Of a DNA stretch of 64,000 nucleotides, positions 27,801 to 42,347 are shown in pieces. Each line of letters begins with the position of its first letter. Position 1 is the first letter of the stretch. A model generated the notes under the pieces. The model was not told where the DNA came from. It was given only the letters and a program-made list of their open reading frames with translations, and did no database searches. Source of the DNA: Geosiphon pyriformis uo1 (taxonomy: Eukaryota > Fungi > Glomeromycota); NCBI GenBank assembly GCA_016748015.1, contig JAAOMT010000144.1, positions 74,557 to 138,556 of the forward strand. Direction: 5' to 3'. A program made the position numbers and the translations under genes.

Positions 27801-30800
27801 CACTTTCTCAAGGTGTGGTCTGATCTTGATAGTAAGAGGATCTCCAAAGTGTGCACAATGTTTGATGATAATGTGAGCAGGGTGAGCATTCTTCAACACT
27901 TATCAAGGATCAAAAAATTGTACCGTAAGTTTAAATACTACGAGTCTAGGGTGGCCAGAGATATTTCAATCAGAAGAGCAATAGACAAATGAATGGAAAA
28001 CTTTAGCTTCAATAAAGGACTTATGATCAAGAGCATTTTGGATCGGCCATTCAAAAAAGTTGTGCTGAACCATTTGATATTGGACAATGAGTTGATTTTG
28101 GAGCCCAAGGAGGTTAAATCTGCTGTTGATAACATCATGGAAGGATGGACAAGGAAAAGAGTTGCTCTTGTCTTTCTGCCTGTTCGTTGGTCTAATCAAT
28201 ATGTCCCTCTGGACTATGTCAGTAATGATGCATTCTCGAAGGTCATGAATGTGATTAAATCAGATGAGTTTCTCTTAGTGGTCAAAGAACTGCCTGATGG
28301 GAAAGCTGCTGGCATGTCTGGTATTTCTAATGAGCTTTGGAAGCATGGAGATGCTCAGGTTCTGGGTGGTCTGCTTAACATTCTTAATGTGTGCTTAAAG
28401 TTAGAGGCAGTTCTTTTACAGTGAAGACAAACCTGAGTTTTCATGATACCAAAGCCCTATGATTGGAAAGAGACACTTACCAATATCAGGCCAATAGCAT
28501 TGATTGAGACAGCCAGAAAGATACTGTCTAAGATTTTTTTTGACAGAATATCTCTGGCTTGTAGTGTTTCTGATGTCTTTCATGGGGACAATTTTTCGGT
28601 TTTAAAGGGTACATCTACTCAAACTCTTATCTTTACCATTGGTTCTATTGTTGAAGATGCACTTGAGAAGAACAGGCAGCTTTGGCTAGTGCTTCAGGAT
28701 ATGTGGAAAGCTTATGACTCAGTTGGGTGGCCTCATCTGCGAAATAGTCTAATTAAGATCAAAATGTGCCCCTGTTTTATTGAACTTTTTGGAAATATAC
28801 ACAATAATTGGTCCAATTGGATAATGACAGACTTTGGTCTAACTGATGGATATGCTGTTCATAATAAGTTGGATTAAGGAGAAGTTTTTTCACTATTGTT
28901 GTGAAGGATCTTTTATGACCCTCTGCTTTGTGAGGTCAAAAGGCATAAACAATTGTACGGCTATAGATTGGATTTTAAATTTTTTACCAGGACAGGTAGA
29001 GCTGACCCTAAGGCAGCAGAACCTCTTTTTTTGCAGCTAGTGCCTTTGTGGATGACACTATTTGGGTTGAGAATTGTCTGGCGGTCACACAATGTATTTT
29101 AGACATTGTGAGTGAATTTTTTTCAATTAATGATATTGCTATTAACACAGACAAGACAGTTGTCATTCCTATCAATCAAGGGGCCAGGAAGGTTTCTTTG
29201 TCAATTAGTGGCTCTAGAATTTCTATTGCCAAGAAGGGTGTGTCTTACCAATACTTGGGGATTTTTTTTTCTACAGATGGCCTATCTAAGCCTAGTTTGG
29301 CCAAAGCCCATTCGGATATCAGGTTCTTTTCAAATGTTGTGCTAAGGAAGGCTGTTATTGAGAAGCAATTTTTGTATTTGGTATCTGCTGTTTTCAACCC
29401 ATAATTGGTTACAGGCTTTAATTTAGTTGTGTCTCTAAGAGTGTTTGTGAAAAGTGAGACAAAATGTTGAAGAAGGAGTTAAAGTTCAAGACCAATCTAC
29501 CCAAGGATTTTCCAAATGAGGCTTTGTATTATCCGGAATTATACAGTTTAAGAACTTTTGAACAGGTGCTGACTGAGAATATATTGGCTGGCTTGGTTGT
29601 GTTCGCAAATGCTGGTGGAATCCTTGGTAAACTTTTTGAGCACAGAGCCATAGAGTTGTAGGCCACTAGCTGGATGCCCCGGCACCCTCTAAGAGTTCCG
29701 ATCAATTTGCTGATTAATCCCACAAATTGCTTTTTGGCTGGTGTGACACATGTTCTCAAGTTGTGCAACCTCTCATTGGGTGGTAATCTGTCTGATGTTT
29801 TTCGGGCCAAGAATAGTATTGCAGTTTTAGACATGCTTGGTTTAGGGTCTTATTTGTGTGTGGCAAAGTCTTTTAGGAGATACAGTATAGTGTTCGTTTA
29901 TCAGCTTTTGGACTGCTGAGGTGCTTGTTTTGAGTGGAATACTTTTCACAAGTGGAAGAAGCTGGACCCTAGAGGCCCAGTTCCTGTTTGGTTTATCTTG
30001 TTGGTTGAATTTATTAAAGAAGGCGGTTTGTCGAATCATGTAACGTTGTTTCATTGTTCAGCTCTCACTGATTCTCCTTGTGACTTCGGTTATGTTAATG
30101 AGCGTCTACTAAATTCTGATTTGAGTTCTGTGACCATCTATACAGACGGTTCTGTCAAAAGTTTGGGTTCGTTGGATGCTCGTGGTGGTGCTGCCGCTTA
30201 CTTTCCAGATGCAAATGTTAGCATTGGGGTCAAGATGGATGTGTTGTTATCCTTAACTCTGGTGGAGCTACAAGCCATTGCATTAGCTTTAAAGTGTATG
30301 TCTACTTCTTGGTCTGTTGTTTTGTTTACTGACAGTCAGGTCTCACTAGACTTGTGCGAATCTGGCAGTGGTGTATTTAGTCCTGATTTTTATGATAAAT
30401 GCTGGATTGAGAAGAAACATATTCGCCATGTCATCTTTAGTAAAGGCTTGTTGGTTACTTGGAACAAAGTCAAGGGTCATTCTGGTGTTGTTGAGAACGA
30501 ATGTGCAGATTTCTATGCTGATGTCACTGTTGCCTCTAAGTTTTTTCTGCCCCTTGTGGTTTTTTATTGCTTTTTTAGAGTTAAAGACAGGCCTGTCTCT
30601 AGAAATGCTCGTTACATTGCCAAAAAATTGTTTAATGCTGTTCACTCTGTTGGTTGGAAGGCCAAATGTGTTGGTAACTTTATTAGAGTGGATCTCTGTT
30701 ACTATTTTGATAAGACCAATACCTTTTGTGTTTGGCATCCTGATGGCAAGATCAAATCTGGCTACACCAGTAGTGCATCAGTAACACTTCGGTCATATCT

Positions 30801-31562
30801 CATGAAAGCGCTCCACTATTGCTTACCAGTGGCCAAAAGGAAAAAATTGTATGATCCGAGATATCCAAGTATTGCATACATTCAGTGTGGGTTGGTGAAG
30901 GACTCCAATCATGTGTTTTCCTGCGTTCATAATACCAATGTTCAGGAAACTTTGTTGTTAGATGCTTCTATGGAGTGAAATGCAGTGTTGGAAATTGCTG
31001 CCAATGGGAATGCAATTGCTAATTCACTGTGTAAGACTGGGTCTTCCATCGACTTATTCACAGCGCTGGCTAAAAATTTTGTGTTGAAGGGCTGGGTGGC
31101 TGACACAGTAAGCCGTTTGGGTGCTGGTTTTGGTGGGGGTGCATTGGTTGTCGATTTCGTTTGTTGTTTTGCTGAGAGTCACAGGTCAGCCGTTTGGATA
31201 CCAGCAGCTAAGTTGAGATCCTATTATAAGAAGCATAATCTTCTGCCATAAGATGGCTCCTCCTTTTTGTCGGTGTCTAGTCTGTCTTCTTTGTGGTCTG
31301 CTGGGTCAATCCGAGATTTCGGTTTCAGGTTGGGTGTTTACATATGCTTTGGGTTGCACTCGTGCCTTACAAAATTGGACTTTGATTTCTTGAATGGTTT
31401 TCCTGTAGTGGGAGTTCTGGATGTGTAGAGCTGCCTTGGTTGGCTCAAGTGGCCAGTCATGTGTAGAAAAAGCATGAGCCATGCTTAATTTAGATTCTGT
31501 GTATTCTATGTACTTAGGTAGTGGTTGGGCTGCACTCGTAAAATCTTTAATAAAAAAAAAAA
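24813..31562 (+). mobile_element. Full-length non-LTR retrotransposon (LINE-C): ORF1 plus ORF2 APE endonuclease-RT-RNase H-zinc finger; inactivated by stops and frameshifts
   Basis: 5' motif cttctttctttcctttatcccaaattc shared with the other copies. ORF1 with degenerate knuckle KCGNLGHTSLGC. APE: TCNAR, GGDFN, INYIF, TDH. RT: RPIALIE, QDMWKAYDSV, FVDD, YLG. RNase H: IYTDGS, ELQAI, TDSQ, KVKGHSG. Poly(A) at 31552-31562. Confidence 0.95.
26745..31428 (+). pseudogene. LINE-C ORF2 (endonuclease/reverse transcriptase/RNase H), fragmented
   Basis: Starts MKLVWKIATCNARSINVPAKQ. Track ORFs 26844-27992, 27993-28424, 28443-28877, 29048-29404, 29464-29661, 29674-29919, 29998-30978 and 30985-31251 are colinear pieces separated largely by TGG>TGA/TAG and CAG/CGA>stop changes. 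Confidence 0.88.
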
Positions 31563-32824
31563 TAACAATAATTAAAATTTTAATAGTTTACTATTTAGAT
31601 AATTAAAAATATTGCCAACATTCTTGACTTTAAATTTCAATAGATAATACTATTGATTTCAGATTCTAAAGGTTTCAAAAAGTTAAAAGTAAAATCCATG
31701 ATTCAATATTAGGCCTATATATTCAAGACTGATAGCTATTTAGTAATATAGAGTATTGGGGTTGTAATAAAATGACACTCGAGAAAGCATCATACAGGAA
31801 ATAATAGTCTTATTTAGCAAATACTTAGTAAGATTGACTATTGATGTGTTATAACCTATTTGGTAGTAATATAAAAAATTACATAAATAAGTTAGTACCG
31901 TATTCTCCCGAAAATGAGCACTTAAGAAAATACAGTGTCTTTAGAAACTATTGACAAAATTTATACATTTAATTATCTTTATTTGGCTATACTAACAAAG
32001 AAATTAAAAGAGCAGGATGATCCAGAATTCTTTTTTAAACTGCTCACAAAAAAAAAATTTTCTTCGAGAAACTTATTTATCGTGTATTTGACATACTTTT
32101 ACCAAACAAATCTCTTTTCGTGAAAAAATAAAGGTATATCTTTTTCCTAATTCTGCAAAAATAATACGGATGAGTGAATAAGAGGGATTTCAAGAGATAT
32201 TTTAACACACACACATGGTAAGTAATAGTTCAAGTTAAAGGAAAAACCTATTTTTTATTTTTTTTTCTCCTTATACTTGTATCGTGGAAAACTTTGCATA
32301 TTACTTAAAAATTTGGCTAAAAGAGAATGTTTTCTTTTTGCAATGAGAAAAATTCTTATCTTCAATATTTTATTTAGATAAAAAATTTATGGGCAACTTT
32401 TTATTTCTTTTCCTAATCAAATAATATTTATGAAATGAATATTCAATTTGTTCATTTTAAAAGTCAAAATTTTCAATCTTTCCCAAATGATATTAAACAA
32501 AAACAATAATATAAACTGTGTAACGACATGTAAAGCCAAAAAATTATATTCATCTGTTCAAGGCTGAAATATATTATCTTACGTTCTCTATTTGTTTAGG
32601 GAAATATTTATGGTAGACTTTGATTTTTTAGTGAAACCACTTTTTACTTTATTTACTTTTAATGGGCAAAATAGTAACGCTAACATTATAATTTACTTAA
32701 ATCGTTTTATTTCCCTGCATACAATTGGTTATCATTAAAACCTGATTGGAATCGAAACGACTGTGAAAAATGGGCTTTAGGTAAAAGCGTGTTTTATTGT
32801 AAAACATTTAAGATAGTATAAAAG

Positions 32825-32858
<34 letters not shown>

Positions 32859-34755
32859 TTGCGTGAGAAACCTTATCCATTGTCAATCTTTCTAATAATG
32901 TTAATATATGTTTTTCATTTTTAAACTTGTCTTTTTAAGGTAACCTCATGACACGCCATAAATGAAAATATTAAAAAACATGTTTAAATATCAAGTAATC
33001 TGAATAGATTTTTGGTTATAATGTTTATAATTTAACTAAACGCACATGATTTTTTGCAGCGTTACATTCCATGGTTGGTAATTGAAAAAGTGGGATGATT
33101 TAAAAAACGATACAATTTCATTAAGAATCTAAGAATTTTACAAATATTCAGAAAACATATTTTTCAAAGATTGACAATTTTTTGGAATTTCTATATCAAA
33201 AAGAAAAAGATTTACTAAAAGATTTTAAAAAATGAAATCGATCTAGAAACTAATGTTTTCTGTTTTCACTAAATATCTATATATAAAAGAAATTTTTTTT
33301 TTTCTTGAAAAAAAAAAACCACTCCATAAACTGCTTTGTTGATTTATATTATCTTTTGTCAAAGAATAAAAATGTTTCACATGATCTTTACAAAATATTA
33401 TATTTGATATAATGCTGTGATAATCAATTTTGTCATAATTTTATAGTTGAATATAGTTGAATATAATTTTAATTTAAAAAAAAAAAAAAAAAAAACAGGT
33501 ATTGGGAGAGTTGGATTCAACTTAAAATAATCGCCTGATACATATAAATGCGACAACTCTTTTATTATTAGGAGGCATATACATGCAGGAGACTTCTCAC
33601 AAATCTTATTAATTAGGTAATTAGATGTGAATCATCGTTTTCCAAACAGAGATGTCCCCCAAAAACCTTTCCTTTACTAACAACATCAAACAACATTCTT
33701 AATGATTTTCAAGAATGTTTTCGAAGTTTCGTAGTACAAAGAAGATAAATAATATGAATCTCTATGATTTTCATTCATATTTTTAAATGGATTTATATAT
33801 AATCCCACATATAGCGATCAAACGGCCGAAAAGGAATTCAACTTTAAACCAAATTTAAAAAAGTGATCTGCCAAGTAAATAAAAATAATGATGATAACAT
33901 ACTTTGAATTATTCCCAATCAACTGTGTGGGATAAAATGGATGAAAAAGAGAAATTTATTACATTTATTTTTCAACCCCTAAAATCTTACCATAGATTCC
34001 TCTTCAAAAATTTGGAAAAATTAATAAATATTTTAATGAAACAAAAAAACTTGTTTGCGAAGAAAAAAATATTGGATTTTTCTTTTGAAATTCTCGAATA
34101 AAAAAATTTGGGAAATATTTTTCTCTCAAAATATAGAAAAAGCTTTGATAAATTAACGTAATTGAAACGTAATTGAATCGTAATTACTAAAATATGCAAA
34201 GACATCACCAATAATAGGTCAAAAGGCAACCTCGTTTTTTCCTTCCATATTGTTCATATCGGTTACCATTACAAGAAATTATTTGTCTTTAATATGATCA
34301 TTTATTTGTGTATTTGATCTTTCAAAATACCCAATTACCTCTTATATACTTGTGAATACGGGTTTTATCCTCAAAAATCAACCAACCAACCAATCTAATC
34401 ATTTCCCCCACTTTTAATCATAAGATAACCATATTAAGGTTACTGTATAACGTGGTAGTAATTTGAAATATTAATTTATATACCCATCATGGGGTTCAGG
34501 AGAGTTTCTCAAAGTAAATTAATCAAAGGGGTAATCTATAAATTCCTTCTTGAAATCATAATCATTGAAATATAATCAAAGTTTACCCTTTCTCTATAAA
34601 ATATAACAATTTTTGTTACAATTTTGAATTTAAAAATTTTCATTATAAACTTTTAAGAGAAAAATCAAGAAAATTTTGTTTGACTTGGGTGATTTGCGAC
34701 CACCAAACGTCTACGATACAAGAGAGAAACCAAAGAATCTTTTCCACCAAATATA

Positions 34756-36432
34756 ATGTCGCAACCAGATGTTCGCGAAATCAGTCCGTTGATACAGTAT
34801 CGACACAGTTACCCGACATATAGGACTTTACTTGATGATGATGATGCCATTATGGCAAAATGCAAAAGGGGTTCCGAACCTTTCGATTACATTTCCTATT
34901 TCAACGATCAAACGGCAGAAGTTTCTTCACGCGAGCGAATAATATTATTCATTGGTCTATGTTTGGCACTTTATTTGACGGCAATAGATCAAACCATTGT
35001 GGCAATCGCTCTTCCAAAAGTTTCCACGGCTTTTCACTCATTATCACATCTCTCCTGGGTCTCAACAGCGTATTTGCTAAGTTCAACCGCTGCCCAACCT
35101 ATATTTGGTAAGTTGTCGGATATTTTTGGGCGAAAGTTGACGTTCCTGCTTGCCATAGACACCTATTTATTAGGGTCACTGCTTTCTGGCGCTTCACAAA
35201 CCATGATCGTTTTGATTGCAAGTCGTGGTATTTCTGGAATTGGTAGCGGTGGAATCTTATCGTTGTCTAATATTATCTTGTCAGACATTATTCCAATGCG
35301 TGAGCGAGCAAAGTTCCAAGGAATTATTGGCGGTAAATTTGCAATCACTTCGGTCATTGGGCCATTGATTTGCGGAGTTTTGACAGATCACGTCGGATGG
35401 AGATGGGCTTTTTGGTTAAATATCCCAATTGGATTTGTTTCAACTTGGATTACTGTGAATTTTTTAAACTTGCCCCATGTTTATGGTTCCCTACAAGAAA
35501 AATTGATGCGAATTGATTTTCGGGGTACATTTGTATTTGTACTAGCCATTTTTTCAATCTTATTACCTTTGAATTGGGGTGGTATGAAATACGAGTGGAA
35601 TTCACCATTAATTATCTCACTCTTTTCCTTTGCCGCATTATGCATTCTGATCTTCATTTTCATCGAATCCAGAATTGCTTTCGAACCAATAATCGCCATT
35701 CGTATTTTTAAGATCTGGAATCCAGTGATCATCTTTATTTGTAACTTTTTAATTGGAATCACTTTTTTTGGAATTGCATTTTATTGGCCACTTTTCTTTC
35801 AAGCTATCAGAAGCGAAAAGAAGATGGATACGGCTTTTCGAATAGTTCCATTGACCGTTGGATTAGTGAGCTTTTCTGTGTGTTCCGGTTTTGCCACGAC
35901 GATTACTGGACATTATCGACCATTCCTAACCTTTGGTTATTCAATGGTTACCATTGGAGCCTTATTGCTAAGCACCATCAAAGAAACTTCAAATGATGCA
36001 CTAGCGTTCACTTTTATTTTAACTGCGGGTGCTGGATTTGGATCATCAATACAAACGGCTCTTCTTGCTGCGCAAACATCCGTTGCGTTTAAGGATATCG
36101 CCGTGGTGACCTCTCTAACTACATTCTTTCGATCAATTGGTGGGATTTTTGGTGTCGCCATTTGTAGCTCGGCTTTCAATCATTTCTTGGCACAACATTT
36201 AGTCGGATTATTGCCTCCGGGTATTGAACTTGGAAAAGTGATGAATTCCATTGCTTACGTGAAGACTTTGCCGTTGGATATTCAGCAGCCCATAATTCAC
36301 GCTTACGTACAGGCCTTGAATTTTGTGTTCCTTTTGATAGCACCTGCTGCTGCTCTTGCGGCATTTTTAAGTTTGTTTCTTAAACATGTCCCATTACGAA
36401 CAACGTTAGGTCCGAGGGCTGACGAAACATAA
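34756..36432 (+). CDS. MFS transporter, DHA2 14-TM family, paralog 2, 558 aa, intronless
   Basis: IDQTIVAIALP, GKLSDIFGRK, GWRWAFWLNIPIG. Colinear with paralog 1, including NDQT and the C-terminal HVPLRTTLGPR. Confidence 0.95.
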   Translation: MSQPDVREISPLIQYRHSYPTYRTLLDDDDAIMAKCKRGSEPFDYISYFNDQTAEVSSRERIILFIGLCLALYLTAIDQTIVAIALPKVSTAFHSLSHLSWVSTAYLLSSTAAQPIFGKLSDIFGRKLTFLLAIDTYLLGSLLSGASQTMIVLIASRGISGIGSGGILSLSNIILSDIIPMRERAKFQGIIGGKFAITSVIGPLICGVLTDHVGWRWAFWLNIPIGFVSTWITVNFLNLPHVYGSLQEKLMRIDFRGTFVFVLAIFSILLPLNWGGMKYEWNSPLIISLFSFAALCILIFIFIESRIAFEPIIAIRIFKIWNPVIIFICNFLIGITFFGIAFYWPLFFQAIRSEKKMDTAFRIVPLTVGLVSFSVCSGFATTITGHYRPFLTFGYSMVTIGALLLSTIKETSNDALAFTFILTAGAGFGSSIQTALLAAQTSVAFKDIAVVTSLTTFFRSIGGIFGVAICSSAFNHFLAQHLVGLLPPGIELGKVMNSIAYVKTLPLDIQQPIIHAYVQALNFVFLLIAPAAALAAFLSLFLKHVPLRTTLGPRADET

Positions 36433-37689
36433 TAATAACCGATAAAGGAAAAGATGTATCATAAAAAGGTGGATGTACAGATGGCGAACCTTTGTTTTTT
36501 TGTTCGAACAATCATTTCAAACATTTACAAACAATTATGTTACGTTCTTTTTCTTGTGAACATTATAATTTAGCTAGAATATAGTGAATAAAATCAATGA
36601 ATAGTTTTTGGGATCTACAAATATTAAGTATTTCCTTTTGGACGCCAAAATCAAAAATGGATTGTAAATAAAACAATATTTAATTTTCAATTTCCACAAT
36701 CAATTAATTTATTGATGGTGGAGATTCATTAAACCAGTTTAGGCTTCGCCGCTGTTCATCAACTAATCGAAAGTCTAACTTTACTTCCGAAATTGGAGCT
36801 TATTATATGAATGTACAGCACGATTAAAAGACATTTTTTTGCCCACCAGTTTTGTTCAAAACGTGAAACAGAAATATTATTTATTATTTATTATTTATTA
36901 GTTAATGAATTTGGGGTCTTGATTTAAGTTAGAGACCAAAGTACAAAATTACCAATTTGTCAACATATTGAATTTTAGAGAGATTATTAAAAATTTAAAA
37001 CCTTTTACTCTTGTTATTTCTAAATTTTCAAACTCTATTTTTCTGATTTCCAGTATGGAACGAATATCATTCATTACGAAGCTTTGAAGAATCTTTTTAG
37101 AAGGATTTTTATGCATGGTTACTCTTATTAAAAATGAAAGTTTGTTTAGCTTAGAATTAGTAACCTCCTCCTATGGGAAAGTTCGATTTTTTGGCAATAT
37201 TTTTATCATTTGGTAGTTTTTGTTGATGAATATCTTGTATATCATAACCTGTAATTTTAAAAAAAACTCCGTAAACAATTTATTACTCAAAACAAAAAAA
37301 ACAAGGCTGTATTTTTTTCATTGTATGCAAAGCTTGAATTAATGATGAAACTTGGACTATTTTTCTAAAGCGAGAAAAAGATGAAAGATCAAAATTATTT
37401 ATTTACTACCCACATGATACGCATGTTGTATTTTTGTTTTTCTCATTGTCATATAATGGAACACCACCTGAAACCATTATTAAAAAGTATACTTGCTCTT
37501 ACAGTCCCTAAAGTTGCTAGCTTGGAAAGAGGCAAGTTATTTTAATTAAAAAGACGAAAATAAATTTTTACAACTAATATTATGGCATGTTTCCATTTTA
37601 TTATGTAACATAATCTTATATATTAAATGTATCTTTTTGGTACTTGAAAGAGCTAAAAAGATTTATTTAAAAATTGTAATCTGTTAAAA

Positions 37690-37728
<39 letters not shown>

Positions 37729-40700
37729 TTGTTATTATTACTTGTTATTTTTAACTAACTTTGTTAAAATTGATTATTATTTTTTATTTTTATTGCTTAA
37801 CAAAGTGTGGTCCAACCATTATCCATGTACATAAAATTAAAACATCTTATAATAAACACAGCTTATTTTTTTTCTGCGCATGACCAGTTATCTGAGCCAG
37901 TGAAGACAACACTGCGCACTATTTAAAAAATTTTACCATACGCATAGATTCTGTCAAACATCTTATGAACACATAAATAAAAACTCAGCCCGCTAAAATG
38001 ACCGGAATAATTCAGATAATTTATTCTAAGTATAACTTTATCTTCTAAAATAATGATATATAATTTACCAACTGCATTGCAATCAACCATTTCAAACTTT
38101 TTTCATGTTTTACTCTCATCTTGATTATTAACAAATGTAAAAATTCTATAATTTTTTTGACAACCAATTTAAAAAATCTGAAATTTCTTAAAGCTTTGCT
38201 ATCCTAATTTTTTAACACAAAATTCTTTATTAGGACTATGTAAAGCTATTTTATAAAGATTAAATTAGCATTTCGAAATAAGAACTCAAAATTATTGAAA
38301 GATTATAAGACCCCAAAAACACTAATTACAGAATTAGCTCATATCTTTATATTTATAAATAATATTCAGTTTAATATTCATATTTGTAGCACAAATAAAT
38401 ACATAATTTAATAATTTGACTTTTTTACATTTAATATATGCAGACCTTAAGTATTTAATATTATATACTTTCTTTTGAATTATAACTAATAGTTTACAAT
38501 ACAGTATTTTACTATATAAATATAAAAAACTGCTTTATATGTATTATTAGTACTGGTTTTTATGTATAAATTAAAATATTATTCTAGAATTTTCTGTGCT
38601 AGTCTATATTTTTAAATAAAGTTTTAGTAAAATACTTTTTTGAATATCTTATTTTTTATTAAACATAATTAATCATATTATAAACATAATAAATAAATTA
38701 ATGAGCATTATTAAAAGTAAAAATGCTATTATAACTTTTAAGAAATCTTTTCAATATTCCATATAATAGTGTTTATTTAAAAAATAAAGTTATATTAATA
38801 CTTAGTTTATTATTGTTCAAAACTTCTAGATAACTTTTTAATTTAATTAAATTAACAATTAGATTTTTTTTCAAGATTTTTTTAATAATCTTGTATTTTT
38901 TAATTAATATTTATTGCAAAATTTTGGTCTTTTAATTCTTGTTTTCTTTAATAATGTATTTTAATATTAGTATTATGGCATATTATTTTTTACTTAAATT
39001 ATTTTTATTTTCTAATTTTATTATTATCGTCTTATTCAAATTAAATTATCATTATAATAATTTAAAATGATTTTTATGTTAAATTATAATTTATACAGAA
39101 TATTTTTTATTTAAAAAAATTTTATTAAATTTAAAATTTTAAATGTTTTTAAATTTAAATTTAATATAAAATATTAATAATTAAGCTTGTAAATAGTTGT
39201 TTGAAAAAATTTAATTTTTTCAATGTTAAAAACAATAGTTTTTTTTAATTAATGTATATTGTTTAAAAATTTTTCTAAAAAATATTGCTCTTGAAAACTA
39301 TTTTTACAATTAATTAAAATATAGTTGCATTTCAAAATAATGTATCTAATATAAATTAAGCTTAAGAAATATTTTAAAATTAATTAAATATCAAGAAAAA
39401 AAATAAAAAATTTAAAAATAGATAATTAAAAATTTTTTAATAATTATGTTTATTTAAAAAGATATTATTATAAAATTATAAATTTCTAAATTATTTAAAA
39501 ATCTAAATAACTTTTTAAACCTTTTAAAATTTCTATAATTTTTTAAACTTTTAAGAATGTAAAATAATGTTAAAATAATTCTGTTTGTTTTTAACAGATG
39601 ATAATATTTATAATATTTAAAATGACTTGAAAATAATTAATGTTAAAAATTTTTATTTAATTATATAGTAAAAAATTTCAATTTTTTTTGGTTTTTAAAC
39701 TTTAAAAAAGTTATATGAAATAATTTAATTTTAACTTACATATTTTTATTTTTACAATATTTATTTTGAATTTATTAATAAAAACTAGGTTTAAATATAA
39801 ATATTCAATTAAATTTTTTTAAAATTTATTTAATGAATATAATCCAATTATTATCTAATACAATATAACAACCAAATATTTAAAATTAAACATAAATTAT
39901 AAATAATCAGTTACTTAAACCAATTAAGACAATATTATGTATTTATTTCAATAATAATATAACTATTCAAATCTGGGAAAAATAAGCAAAGCTTATATGT
40001 TTCATAAACAATATTAAAAGTTTTAACAACATTAAATAAATAAATATTATTATTAAATAAAATTATTAGTAAACCATTGATAAATTTAAATATAATAAAA
40101 TTATTACATATTAAATTATTTTTTTTATATTAATCTTATATTTAAACTTATATAATTATATACTATTATAGTAATTAATTATTAAATATTAGATAGTTTA
40201 ACCAGTTTAAAAATTAAAGATATTATAAACAATTAATCTTTAAAAATAAAGTTTTTATTTAAAATTATATAAATATTAATATTAATTATATTAAAAAACA
40301 ATATCTGTAATATTAATAATAATAAAATACACATATTAATTAAAAATATTTAATAAGCAATATAAACATTTAACAATTTTTTGTATAATATATTAATAAT
40401 AATATATATAAATAATTAATTAAATAATTTTATCTTATTATAATATAAATATAAAATACTTAAATATAAATAATTATATAATTTTTATAATATATATATG
40501 CAAACAAATTATTAATTTTTTTGTAAATTTAAAAATTATATAAAATTTAAGATATTAAATTATAATAATACAAACTTAATTTATAATATTAATTATATTT
40601 ATATTAATAATATTAACATAAAAATTAGTTTTCTAATATATATATAATAAATTAATTTATAAATATTATAAACAAAGTATTTAATATTGTCAAATATTAT

Positions 40701-41339
40701 TATATTATAAGTTTTAATAAATACCAAAAAAAAATATAATATTATTAATAAATATATTTATATATTTATTTTCAAAATTCTTTAAATGGCTTTTAATCTT
40801 AAACTAAATAATACTTAAATTGTTTTTCTTAATAATATTAAATATGTAGTATTTTTTTAATTAACAATAATTATAAAAGTCTAATAACAACAGATTTTCT
40901 TTAAAAATATAAATATTCAAAGAAATTTAATTGTTTAAATTAATCAAAACACTACTAAAAAGCAGAATATATTTAAAAGCTAAAATAATTGTTTACAATT
41001 TAGTTATTGTTGATAAAATTAAACCCAAAATATTATTACCAATTTCTAATTTATAATTTGCAAAAAATGTAAATATACTGCTTATTACTTTAATAAATAA
41101 AGCAAAAAAAATATATTTAATTATATTTTTCTCTTTTTTTTTTATTTTTATTACAGGTTTTACGAATGAAGTCCAACTGCTATCTAGTACATAGAACCAA
41201 ACTAAGTGGAACTAACTAAATGCAGCTCACGCACAGACTACATGTGGTCAGCCACTCAGGCCAAACAAGGCAACATTATGCACTTATGTTGACAAAAGCA
41301 CTACCATCCAAACCAGAGAAAAATTGACACAATTTGTGT

Positions 41340-42345
41340 TGTTATCTGAGTAGAAAAACTGATCCAAAGTTATGAAGAAACATGACCAAAATGTGACATA
41401 ACACAGAATAGCACGCAATAATGTTGGATAACACGTTATAACTTAGAATAATGCAGAATAATGCATTATAATATAGGATAACATATAATAACACCAGATA
41501 ACATATTATAACATAGAATAACTAGTAATAACATAGAAAAACGAAGCAATTACAGAAATAGCAAAGCAATAGTTAGCAATAACAAAACAATTAGAAGTAA
41601 TCCTATAGAACAAAAAGAATGTATAAAATGAGTAGCTATAGAAGTTAGAAAGACATCCAGAGAGAAAATTAGACTTTCAGAAGTCAATTAAACTCTCAGA
41701 GTCAATTAGACTTGCAGGTTATAATTATTAAATACTCCTCCTTTCAAAGATAGTTGCTATCAACTAAAATGGAATTATATCAATAAAATATCTTTTTAAT
41801 TCTTCAAATCTATGTTATTATCCATTACTTAATCTACTGGCACAATAGCTCTTAATCACGGCTATTGACAAAACACTTATTTCTTATTTTTATTTTTTTT
41901 ATTTTTTTTATTTTCTTTTATTTTCTTTTATTTTTTTTTATTTTTTATTTTTTTTCTCTTTTAGAGTGGCAACATAAGAAAATTGACTGTTTGGGAATAG
42001 ACTTCATGATAGTCTGGTAAAAGAGGGAGGCTCCCCCTAGGTTTTAGATATTAACATTATCTTAATAGCTTACCAGAAAGGCGAAAAGATAATGTCAAAC
42101 CCTAACAACTGCACTCGTTAGCTCGGAGAAAAAAGCTCATATTTACAGAAAACGTTGCAATCGACGAAAAACAAACTCTGTGCCTTATAACCAAAAAACT
42201 CAATGGGTAAATTCACATTCAGGAATAGACCTTCAGAGACTGATAATCAAGACTAAGCCAACAGAATTATACAGAAGACGCATCCCCAATAATTGAGAGC
42301 ACCAAATGTTACCAGTTCCATTACCCACCAAGTTTATCCATAACA
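41340..42345 (+). repeat. 5' LTR
   Basis: Direct repeat of 43896-44912; TG...CA termini; followed by the PBS. Confidence 0.93.
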
Positions 42346-42347
42346 TT

